Of a stretch of DNA of 41,615 nucleotides, positions 24,780 to 36,906 are shown one piece after another. The notes under the pieces are model-generated. The model saw nothing but the letters and a program-made list of their open reading frames with translations. It was not told the origin of the DNA and did not search any database. The DNA is from Welwitschia mirabilis (lineage: Eukaryota): positions 18,977,651 through 19,019,265 of the forward strand of contig JBOZIK010000001.1 of NCBI GenBank assembly GCA_051453625.1. Reading direction: 5' to 3'. The translations under genes were made by a program, and so were the position numbers. Positions within the stretch are counted from its first letter, which is position 1. Every line of letters begins with the position of its first letter.

Positions 24780-27620
24780 TTTTGTACACATATAATTCTT
24801 TGAACTCATATTATGATGTTCCAAATAATTAGAATCAAAGAGTATTTAGTTCTCTTTTTCTTATTAAACTCAAATATGAAATTTGCTAGATATAAATCTT
24901 GAGATAATTGCATAAATATATGTATTAAAATGTTCTTTGAAAAATTATCCTAGAAAAAAAAAATTGTGCCCAATTCAAGATTGAAAAAACATAAACAGAA
25001 ATATTAAGGAGAATTTTTGGGTTCTAACATATAAGACCGAGGTAATTAGAAGTATTCATGCTTTGAAGAAATAAAAAAAGAATTATACATGTGATTATTT
25101 AATTAATGTGTGATCTATGCTAGCCACCTGCAAGCTATGGAAGAAGAAATTACAAGGTCCTTTAATTACTTGATAATCTCTATACAATATGAGATGGTTA
25201 TGTTGACTCCCAAAAATTTGGAGGAAGCATGTTTTTATTCTTTAATAGCAGAAGTAAAATAGAAAATAAATTACAAAGGTCAAATAGGAAAAAACATAAT
25301 ATGAAAGAGATAGAAGTAGAAGAGAACCACAAAATCAAAAATGAAGAAAGGAAACAACTTAAGAAGAATCTTATTTCCTAAGATAAAGAGAAATAAGAGA
25401 AATGGTTGAAGGCAAGGGACACCCTATTGTTTAATTCATTTATAGAAAACATGAGTGGTAATCTTATGACTATTTATTAATAAAAGAAAAACTCTAAAAA
25501 TTTAATGTTTCAGCAAGATAAGAGATCAAAACTGTATAAATGCAAAATGAAAGTGTAAAATCAAAGACGATAGCAACTTGTTAGTGAAAAGTATTTTAAT
25601 GCAATGGTAAAAAGAGAAGGAAGCATCATCCTAAAGGAACAAACTCTTTAAAACAAAATGTAGTTACAAGGATAAAGTTTGTAAAGTCATCATAGATAGT
25701 TCCAACTATAACAATCTTATTTCCATAGAAATGGTTAAAAAAAACTAATGTTGGAACTAAAGCCATATCCTACATTATATAAGACATCATGGGTTTAAAA
25801 TGGCTATCATATAATATTGAAGGAACACATTTAATAAGTTTCAATGTTAGTAATCAATATGATCAAGCATTGTGTAATATAGTACCCATGCATTCATATC
25901 ACATTTTCTTAGAAGATTGATAATTTGATGTGAAAAGTAAGAATGATAAAGTCTAAAACATTTATTTTATCATAAAATGTGACAAACAATTTAAGTTGAA
26001 GTTATTATAAAATAAAGAAGACAATCACTTCCTAAATGAAAAGGAATTTGTTTGTAAACTAAATAAATAGGGGTACACATTGTTAGTGATCATAAGACAA
26101 ACATAAGATGTATAACAAAAGATTTTAAAAATTGAAAAATTAAATAGAAATTTGTAAATGATTTGATGAAAGAAATTCCTTTTAAACTACCTAATGAGAA
26201 AGTTGTAGGATACAAATAGATCTTATTACAATAGCTACATTTTTCAAAAAAGTTTCCTATGGATTCACATAAAGAAAGAAATAGGATACATAAAGGCATA
26301 TTCAAGAACTTTTATAAAAAGAATTAATTCATGGAACCTTATCTCCATGTAATGTACCTTTGATTTTAACATTAAGAAAAATTATCCTAGAGATAACAAT
26401 ATGTATAGCTTTAAAATCCATCAATAAAATCATGACTACATACTAGTCTCTAATGTTAAAATGGATGATATTTTGGGTAGCTTACTAGGTACTTACTAGT
26501 TTAGCAAGATTTATATAAAACATGGATATTATCAAATATACATATGAGAGGTAGATGAGTGGAAAACTTCCTTTAAGCTGATGAATGTTCTTTATGAATG
26601 GCTATTTATGCCATTTGAATTGAAATATTCTTTTGACACTTTGATTAGAGTTATAACAAATGTACTAAAAAAATTTATTAAAAATTTTATTAAAAAATTT
26701 ATAGATGTTTATATAAATGATATTCTCATATATAGTAGCAATAAATAAAACCACTTAAAATTTTTATTGATAAGGTTTAAAGAAGAGACACTTGTTTTAC
26801 CAATTTTAAAAGATGTAGGTTTATGAAGGAAGAATTAGTGTTTTTAGGCATTATAATTTATAATAAAGGTGTAAAACTGGACCTAAGAAAAATGATAGCC
26901 ATTTCAAAATTTCTTGTTCCAAAAAATAAAAAAGAATTTAAAAGATTTTATAGATTAATAAGATTTTATAGATTGGAAAATGTTCAACTTTAGAAAGAAA
27001 TAAATATCTTTTACACTTATTCTTGCATTTTGCAAACTTTTTTGGAAAACATTTAAGGTGGAGTGTAATGATATTATAATAGCCATTATAGTTGTGCTAA
27101 GTCAATAAGAGAGTCCCATTAAATTCTTAAGTGAGGAGTTAGATGACGCTAACAAAAGGTAATCTATCGATTTAAAAGAAAGTTATACCATCCTATAAGC
27201 ATTGAAACAGTAGTGGCATTACTTTTAAATAAGGAATTTATCTTGCTTACTAACCCTAGATCTCTTTAATACATTAATAAACAAGATAAATTAACTTCTA
27301 AGAGAGAAAAATAAGTAGAGAAATTATCAGAATTAAATTTTATGATAAATACAAGAAAGGATTAACAAATCAAGTAGTAGATGTACTCAGTAGAAGTACA
27401 TATGTTTCTAGTTTGAGCTAGATTCTTATTGAATACTTCCCAAATTTAAAATATATTTATGTATAGGATAAATATTTTAAGATCATTTGAATTACTCTTT
27501 AAGACCCCATGTAATGTACATGTGAAGTTGTATTCTCTTATCATATCCAATATAATCTTTTATTTAAAGATGTAAGCTATGCATATCAAAAGTATTCATG
27601 AGAGTAAATGTAGTGATAAA
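24780..27620 (+). pseudogene. CRM-clade chromovirus (Ty3/gypsy) gag-PR-RT-RNase H relic, truncated before integrase
   Basis: Protease region KTKC..KDKVCKVIIDS..NNLISIEMVK and CNIVPMHSYHIFL; RT SPCNVP, SKIYIKHGYYQI, DEWKTSFK, LYEWLFMPFEL, VYINDILIYS; RNase H FKVECN..VVLSQ, NQVVDVLSR. Confidence 0.85.
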
Positions 27621-28839
27621 AAGTAGTAAGTGTTGAAATTAAATGTAAAATATGTTAATATCATATTCATGATTTGAATTACAAGTTCTCTAATTTCAAC
27701 CTTAGAATTAAATGTCTAAATTTTAGGTTATTTCAAAAATAATAGAAATAGGAAGTAAAGGAGTCAATATTTATAATAATTTAAAATGTTATTTATTTAT
27801 ATTAAATAATTGATAAATAATATTAAAACATAATTATTTTAGGCATGTGATTGGATAGGTTATTAATCATCTTTCTATATTATGCTTAGTCCTACATGAC
27901 TTTAAGTGTTTTATTACACTTTTTATAACTTTAGATATTTCTTTTAATCCTACTTTATTTGTAATAAAGAACATTCATCTTATGGTATTTCACCAAGTAG
28001 AAATGTTACATCTTTTATATATGTAACAAATCATATTGTTTTGTGTCTTGTTAACTAAGTTGACAATTGTTAAATCAATTATGTTGACTTCCTAATAGTT
28101 TCCTTTGATCTTAACTTAATTTCATACTTTATTTTAGTTTCTAAATTCATCCAGATCTATTTTCTCTTCCATCTGTTTCATTTTCATTTTTTCGATATGT
28201 ATTTTTTTTTATGTTTATCATCTTCGAAATCATTTCATATTTTATCTCATCCTGGGAATTAGGATAGTCTCATTTTAAAAAATTATTATTTATAGTTTTT
28301 AAATACTTTGTTTTATCTTATGGTATTATTTTAGTGGCTAGAAACTTTTGTTAGTTCATCTTATTTTAATATTTTAACTTTAATTTATTTTATTTAAACT
28401 AATAAATAATTTGTTTAGAAGTGTTATTTCCTTATTTAGAATATGACTTATTCATTTTTAAGTATTTATTTCATGTTAGGACTTGTCTTATTCTTGGTTG
28501 AAGTTATGATATGACATAAGTACTTTATGCAACTTTTGTCTTTTATTACTTTGTCAAAATAATGTGATTTACAAGGTAGATGTATAGGTAAGATTATGTT
28601 TCACTTGATATAATAAAATTTTACATCTCAAATTTTAATAGTTATTTCATTTTAACTTCTAGATATACTTTGACATTAGCCTCTTCTGTGGCTAGTTTGA
28701 TAGTAGCAACTAGTTCAATAGCTTCTTCAGTAATTACTTTAGGTTAATTAATTGGATTAGGCTAAGGAGAATTTATTGTTTTAGGACTTAAGTTTGGTGA
28801 TGCTTCTCAAGTTGGGTATAAAGCTTATTAATAATGTTT

Positions 28840-28937
28840 TGTACTTCATCAAGTGCTTTTACTTTTTTATTCATCTCTTAAGAGATTTATACTTTATCAA
28901 GTGCTTTTTATTTTTCTTCTCTCTTTTAAGATATTTA
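28840..28937. repeat. Tandem duplication of ~48 bp
   Basis: tacttyatcaagtgctttt...ctyttaagakattta occurs twice. Confidence 0.7.
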
Positions 28938-29176
28938 ATCCTTTTGCATTTTAAACTAAGTAACCTAGAACTATGCTTTACTAAGGTGATACTAGAGTTT
29001 TGTCATACTACATTCTTTTTTTTTTTTAAATTATAGTTAATGCTATGATGAATCATTATAATGAGATTTCTCTAATATACTAGTGTATCATAAAGAATGA
29101 ATAGGTATTTATAATTCACAAAAGATCCATAAAAATACTACTTATTCTCCTTTAACGGTTAATTTTTTCTAACACA

Positions 29177-30889
29177 TGATAGCTAAAATATTAACACCTT
29201 TTGTATCTAAAATTCATTATTTATGTAAACTAAAACCTTCATTTTCATTAAACTTGTTAATATTTTTTATTTTTGTATAAGCACTTTATTAATATTTGGT
29301 ATATCTCTAAGTGATACCTTTGTAAGCATGTTGCTTTCAATTTGTTTTAAGAATGCATTAGTATAAAATGTAATAAATTTAAAATACTCCTACTCACACT
29401 GCTCTAAATTATCAAATACTAGAACTTTCTCTAGGTTTAGAAAGGCTGAATTGACTTATTTGACTTGTTGTTTAGAGTGTGTTTCAGATCTCATTTCATA
29501 GTTTTTATGATCAATTTGATCATTTTTAAATGTTAAGAATGAAAGGCATAAATCAAGCATGATTTGAATAAAATCAAATGTTCATCTAGATGAAGTAATT
29601 ATAGCAAATCATTGTAGCAAATTTATTGTAGTAGAGGTATCATTATTCACCTTTTGTCATCTAGATGATACTATAGGATGACAGCACTATAAAAGAGTTA
29701 CTGTAGTGGTTACTATAGCAAAGCATTATTATAGCAAATTATTGTGGTGTCATTCACCTTCTCATCTAGATAATAGTAGAAGGACAATAGTTGTCATAGA
29801 TACATTAAAAAAGTATAATTTTTAATAATCAGACTTGTTATCCACTTATGGTCGTCCAGATGATAGTACTCTTTCATGAAATTTGATATGGATGACATGG
29901 AATGATAGGATAAATAGTTATTAGTCATTGGAGGCATCATCAACTATTTTCATCTAGAAAACATCAAAGAATGACTAGCAGGAAAAGAAGAAACAAAAAT
30001 ATGATACTATCATCCACCTATGGTCATCCGATTGACACCTAGGGAAACATCAAGAATATTCAAAATTAACAAGTATCAAGTATTAAGGAGCAATTTCCAC
30101 CATTATCCAACTCATCATTGGGATGATAAACATGGATAACATTTAGGTATTTATTTAAAATATAATTAAACCTTATTAAAATTTAATTTCAAAGGTGTCC
30201 TTTTACATCACATCCCTTAATGACCTCAATGGCTAACCCATATAAACACCCTCTTAGACATCCTATTTCTCATATTTGAATTAAATTGGTATTTTTTGTC
30301 AATTAGAGCATCAATCAGTAAAGGTTTATCCTAATTTTGAGAAGGGTTTTCCTTGGTTTTGGACTGCGATTCCTCAATTGGGATGCTATTACTCATCAAA
30401 AGACATAAGCATGCTTTGTAATCTAATGAATAATAAAGTATGTTTTGTTTAATTCTCTTTTTTTATATTCCTTATTTTCCATGATGTATTTTATTCAATA
30501 TTAGAGTGACATTGATAGGAATATGTTATGGTTTTTAAGGGTCAAACTAGATGATAATATATTGATGGTTTGGTTAATAAAATTACATTAAGATTACATT
30601 CATTTAGCATAGTCATTTTGCATTGTGTTGAATCATATCATTTGCATCATTGCATTATTAATTTAGTTTGTTTTGATGATTCAAAAACATAATCAATTTT
30701 ATTTTTCTCTATCTAATTCTTCATTCCTTATTAGAATAAGATCTTAGAACTCACTTTTATTAAAGTTTATAAATCCAAGTCAAATCTTACCATTGTACTA
30801 GGAGTGTTATGTTGCTTGAATTATGCTATCGAATGTTTTGAGGCTAAGTCGTAGATCATCTAACAACATCACACTCTAAAACTACATCA
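29177..30889 (+). repeat. Athila-type 5' LTR (start approximate)
   Basis: Ends ...ACATCA directly before the PBS. TATA-like catataaacacc (~30240). Repeated TCATCYRGATGA palindromes and TACTRTAGCA motifs at 29580-30130. Confidence 0.7.
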
Positions 30890-30910
30890 TTTTAGTGTTA
30901 CTGTCAGGGA
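30890..30910 (+). promoter_or_regulatory. Decayed Athila primer binding site (tRNA-Asp type)
   Basis: ttttagtgttactgtcaggga differs from TTTTGGCGCCGYTGCCGGGGA only by C>T and G>A transitions. Confidence 0.7.
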
Positions 30911-30925
30911 GTAAAGTGAGTCTTT

Positions 30926-31085
30926 AAAGAGGATCCTATTTATATCATTACCCAAAAGAGGATCCTATTTATATCATTACCTAAAAGAACATAAGTATTT
31001 AACAAAGAATTTATTAAAAGAAGTAAGCTTTATTTAAGATCAACTTCTTATTGAAAGAAGTAAGCTTTAGTTAAGATCAAGTTCT
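30926..31085. repeat. Two adjacent tandem duplications (~30 bp x2, ~37 bp x2)
   Basis: aaagaggatcctatttatatcattacc twice; ttattraaagaagtaagctttakttaagatcaasttc twice. Confidence 0.85.
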
Positions 31086-31663
31086 ACATCAAAAAGAAAA
31101 GGTAAAATTATAATTTAAATATATTAATTTTTTTTAATATTGTATGTTACTTCCATGTTTGATTCTATAAGCTTTTCTTGATTATTATCCTTAAATTATA
31201 TATAGGTTCTTTTTTTTTGTAAGTAAATTAGATTTTAAATTGGTCTACTCCTAATGCCTTAGAGTAATTTTGAAGATTAACATCTTAGGCCTACTCCTTA
31301 CACTTGGTGCAATCTTAGAGTTTTCCATCCAAAATTATTTGATCATATTATTTATTTTTGGTATTACTGATACTTGGTTAGTAAAAGTGATCTAGACCTT
31401 ACATATGATCCAAATCATTATGTTACTTGCTATTCCAAGTACATTTTTTCTTTCTCTTTTCTAGATGATTGATAAATAAACTTTAAAGAAGATATTTTTT
31501 GAACAAAGAAAATAAAATATTCTTTATGAACTCATTATTAAAAAGGAAAAAAATAATTTTCATTGGAGACATAACATAATTCCTATTTTTCGTCCACATA
31601 TTTTTAATTGACACATAGTTATTCCACTAATACTTATTCTTCTAGTAATTCATACCTATTTAG

Positions 31664-32284
31664 AGGAGACCGTGAGAGGCCATGAGTATAAAGTTAAGGA
31701 CATGTTACAGGTGGATTTTGGAGAAATGGAGGTAGATCTTATAAAGATTAAAATGCTAGGTTAAATCTTTAAAGCCTCTGAAAGAAGCACGGATCACTAG
31801 ACATTTACATATGATGACCTAAATAGGAGTTTTGATTGAAACCCTGATAGCACTTAGCACCAAAATGATATGATGCTCTTGTGATACTTTCTCAATGCAA
31901 GACCATGTAGTGATTCACTAAACACAATCTATATTAGATCACTAACAGAGTTTCAAACCTCATTGTTGATGACAGAGTAATACACTACTTATTCATAAAG
32001 GTGTTAAGGTAGAGAATGGGTATGCAAAGACTAAAGAGCTTTTCAACCCTAGTTTGAGCTTTAATCCCATGTTTTAGATCATTTTAAGGCTGATTTAAGA
32101 TATATGGAGATGTGATAAAATAAAGGATAAAAGATGAGTGGTGTTGGAGATCTTACTTGCATGCTACTAGAAGCCACTATAGTGCCTACAATGGAACTAC
32201 TTTCAACAACCCCTTGATATTAATTTCTCCATAAAGGAAGAATGTTGGATACTTCTTGTTAAGGATGCTACTATTATTGACAAG
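31664..32284 (+). pseudogene. Possible decayed exon, CACTA TnpA/Ptta-like
   Basis: Purine-richer coding-like block bounded by tttag and caag|gtagag inside AT-rich intron-like DNA, upstream of a CACTA end. Motif match is weak. Confidence 0.25.
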
Positions 32285-34699
32285 GTAGAGTGTGATTAAA
32301 ATGTGCTATTATTTCCTATATTTTGTATAATTAAAACTTACCATGACCAAATGAGTCTAAGTTTCTAAAATCCATTTTTAGATGTCTTTATTTTTTGTAT
32401 TATCTATAACAAAATTTGATTATTAGCCTCATAAATTTATGTGGGGTAGTTAGTTTATCAATTTTATTTTTTGTATTAGACATTCATGTTTAAAATCTTA
32501 TTATTTTGGTTCTTTATATTAGAAATTCATGTTTGAAAGTAAGTTTGTTAGTTTGGTTATTAGTGTTAAGACATTGATGTTTAAAGGTAAAGTTTATCAT
32601 ACGATTGTTATAATGAAAATTCTATAGTAATTTCATTAAAGACATAATTATCATACAAGAATAAATATTTGGTTATTACAAATTTCTATTTTAATGTTTT
32701 CATGAAAAATTTTCTTTTTATATGTAATTATTTATTATAGACATAATGGTCAACATTATCTTATATTTTGAAAAAGGTTGAGACCATATGTATAGTTGGC
32801 GCTAAGTATTGGTTTATATAAAAATTTTACTCTACTAGGTCTTTGACTCAAGCCAATCAATGAATAATCAAATCTATATGATGAATTATGTGTCTATTCA
32901 CTAACAAGTGGCATTAAATTTTGAAAACTATTGGATTTGCAATATTACATCTCAGTAGATGTATTACATTATATCTACTTCTATTATAGCATCGGATTGA
33001 TTGGACTCAATTAATAAGTCTATTTAAGACTCTTACATATTATCATGGAATAGTTTAAAAAGATCTAAAATTAGAGAACATTTGCATTCTTCATTGTGAT
33101 TTGTGTAGCTCATCCTCTCTTACTCATAACCCCAACAATAAATCAAGATCAAGAGAGAACTAATAGAATGTAGCCATATATGAAATTGGAAGGTAAGATG
33201 CCTTCCTCAAATTTAATTATAAAAGCATTTCTAATTCTCAAGTAGGTGTAAGCAGCATTGAAATCATCCACAAACCATCTTCTAAAGATAAAAATCTTTC
33301 TGCAATTACAAGTTTAAAAGGGAAATGGCATTGCCCATAATAGATAACTACATTTAAATTTCTAAAGTGAGAAATAAATAGTACATAACTAGTAAAAATT
33401 TAAATTTCTATTTAATAATAGCTTAATAATGAGTGCTCAACACATGCAACCTATTACTCCATCCTATAGCCATGCATGGAGTTCAAAATCATCCCCTTAG
33501 AATAACACACATAGTATTTGCTAAGCCACAAATGCTTCTTGGTACTTTATTAATTACCATCAATGTAATAATTTCTTCTAGTATTTTAGTTAGAATTTAA
33601 GATAATGTTGGATGTAGTTGAGGTTTCGAAGTCCAAATTAATATGAAAAAGAAGTGCTTATTGGAGTTAATAATTAAGATCATTCTCTTACACTTTGGTT
33701 CCTCTAACATGAAAAAGAAAAAGCCTTGTGCTATGAGTCAGCATTATATAGTTTTATAGCATCTTTTACATTAAAAGTAATTCAAGTTTTTTGCATTGAA
33801 TTTTTTCTTTGAAATCTTCAATTCACTACATTAGAAATTCTAGAAATTTAAAAAAATATTTCTTATGTGAATTATCTACAAAACCTATTCTCTTATTCAA
33901 ATCAAAAAAGTTTGTAGTTTGAAGTTTTTATATTTAAAACTTTAGTTATTACCAAATATTAAAATTATTTAGAATGCTTGGTTAATATTATGAATACACT
34001 TATTAAAGGCTCACTTTGAAAACTTCAACTTTTCTCCAAGAATTAAATAGTCCTATCTAATTCCAATGCCCAAAACTATTTTAAAATTAAAATAGTAGCT
34101 CTTCAAATTCTCTAAATAATAGAATCTGCATGCATTTTAGTATGTTTATTTGGATTACAATTAAAATAATTGATAAAACTTCTCATAAAAGCCTTTATTT
34201 GGGCCTTCACATCTTTCAATTCTATATGAAAATGAAAAAGATTTTATCTCTAGCTTTAATTATTTCTATATTGATTAGTTCCTCCTAAACTTTTATTTGA
34301 TTTATTAGGATTAATTAGACTACATAGATACAGTAATTAGATCCCTAGAGAACATACATTAAACTATATTTCTAAAATAATTATCAAAGCTATTGAATAA
34401 GGAGAAGACAGATTTACCTTGAGTAAAGAGAGATTATAGAGAATCTAATACTGTTGTACTAGATGAAAGTCCCTACAAGGAACTTTAAAATCCTATGAGT
34501 CAAGTTTAAAATATTTGATAAATGATTTGCTTGCCTATTTTTTTATATGATAATACTAAATCTTTCCTTTCTTATTTGGATAACCACACATAAGGATTTT
34601 TCCTAGTCCATATAAAATATCAAAGGAAGCTAATATAATACTTTGTTGATCATTTATTTTTTCCCTTTATTTTGCATTTGTTAAATGCTAGCACTATTT

Positions 34700-35335
34700 G
34701 TTCAAGATGCGTAGTGTGAAAGTACTATTACTAAAAATGTTTTAATATTTCATCGGTAATTTGTAGTCATATTTAAGAGGTATTATCTGTATTGTGAATG
34801 TTTAAACATATGTAAAGATAAATCATTTTATGAAGTATACTATTAATGAAAGGAAGCATACACTCTAATCTAGAAGTATGAAAAGGAAACATATCAATAA
34901 TCTATAATAGTACAACTATTCCAAATGGAAGTTACAATGAAGGACCATTGTTTACTTAGGATTCATACTTATCTGTAAAGTAAAAACTTTTTGGACCACT
35001 TGCTGCTAATAATTGGCCTCATCACTATAATTCTAAAAATTCATGCAATTATGTGTAGTAGTCGAGAACACTTGAGGATAACCATCCTTATGAATATGAA
35101 TATGTTGATCATGATCAAATAGTACATCAAGTAAGTATGAATTCTGATTATTATCCTAATAATTATTGTTTTACTAAACCAAAGAATACATATAGCCTTT
35201 TAAATATTTGTTAAGGGATATAACTACCTAATTTTCAGTATTCACATCCTTTCAAATGTCATCAATCTTTTCTAGTATACTATAGTAGCCCAAATAGGTA
35301 TTAAACTTTTAAAATATCATAAGTCTCAAGAGATG
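34700..35335 (+). pseudogene. Athila-like Gag C-terminal relic
   Basis: Decayed C..C....H motif (~35044-35070), then VHQV and a degenerate Y.P..N.....PNF.Y motif (~35190-35240). Confidence 0.45.
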
Positions 35336-36569
35336 NNNNNNNNNNNNNNNNNNNNNNNNNNNNNNNNNNNNNNNNNNNNNNNNNNNNNNNNNNNNNNNNN
35401 NNNNNNNNNNNNNNNNNNNNNNNNNNNNNNNNNNNNNNNNNNNNNNNNNNNNNNNNNNNNNNNNNNNNNNNNNNNNNNNNNNNNNNNNNNNNNNNNNNNN
35501 NNNNNNNNNNNNNNNNNNNNNNNNNNNNNNNNNNNNNNNNNNNNNNNNNNNNNNNNNNNNNNNCCAACCCCCCCAATATTTCTTCTTTACAAAATGGAAA
35601 TGCCTATTCTAAGCATTTATTAAATTCTTATAACATACATTACATGATACATTTCTAAAATCTTAAAAAGGTAGTATATAATCTGATTAATTATTTAGAG
35701 TAAAATATATGGAAGTATAAAGGGTTTCATTACTACTACCTAATGACTTGGGAAGCTCGGATGTGTGTGTTTAATATGTGATGGTTACATTTGATGTTTT
35801 TACAGGTTATGCTTCATTAGAATAATGTATTATTTAGTGTTAATATTTTTGCAATTGGTTTGTATTGCTTGATGCATTTGACATTGGGCTATATTAAAGC
35901 ATAAGCGTATTACTTTATTTGTATAGATGACATCATCAATAGGTTATCATGTCCTTTATTTTGATTTTTTATTACTCTTATAGATTTGTATGTAGCATAT
36001 TACTACTTCTCAAGTGCTTTTTTACAATTGGTGATTATTAGCATCTTCTTCACAATTAAAATGAGTGCACTCTTGAGGCCTTTATGGAAAAACGTTAGCG
36101 TCTTCTATCACATGAAACCATACTCTTTTGTTTTGATTAGGAACTTAGGTTAGATTCTTTTATGCTAGATCTATTACTTTGTTATCATAAAACTAAAAAC
36201 TAGATTGTTAATTTTTTATAATGGCTTTTTTAAAAGCTTTTAGATATTAGAGATTATTATGATAATCATGAATTGGAATTATTTATTATCTGTATTAGAA
36301 TTAGGAGATATGTAATGAGCATTTGAAATATAGATTTACTATAGTAGTATATGAGTTTTAAATGGAATTAGTATTATTGTCATTAATCTTATGCCTTGGT
36401 CATTTACTATAAAATAGGACACATGTTTAATATACTTAATCATTGTATTTCTAGAAGCTATCTATGATCATGTATGTTTCACATATTTTCTTTTCATCAA
36501 CACAACCTTTTGAAAAATGTCTAGTAACTTTTTTCTTTCATTAAAAATATTTTTGTGGTTTCTAGTATC

Positions 36570-36906
36570 ACATTTATGACAAATTTTACCCATCATTGTT
36601 TTTTAAGGTTTTTGACTTTAATGAAAATTCTTAGTTGTCATTAATAGCCTATTTTATGATGGTTTTTAACTATTAATTTGATATTTTATAATGATTATTA
36701 ATCATGCAATGGTTTTATTTATCTTTAATGATGATTTTTAGCTGTCATTATTTTCACCCTTTATGATGTCATAATATAGAAACTATGATAGTTTATGATC
36801 ATCATAAAGTATCAATGATAGGACCTATAATAATAGTTAAAAATTATTATTAAAACACTTTAAGGAGAGTTCTTAACCATAATTAAAGGTCATTTTTATG
36901 GTAGTG
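36570..36906. mobile_element. Right terminus of a CACTA (En/Spm) DNA transposon with subterminal repeats
   Basis: Ends catttttatggtagtg (reverse complement CACTACCATAAAAATG). Preceded by about 7 decayed palindromic TAATGAYRGTT..AACYRTCATTA-type units. Confidence 0.8.

Noticed and set aside
27631-28680. Possible solo LTR starting TGTTGAA that truncates the CRM element
   Set aside because: No matching end, TSD or second copy could be found.
33825-33839. CACTACATTAGAAAT as the left CACTA TIR
   Set aside because: No subterminal repeats follow, and the flanking att does not match the expected tgc TSD.
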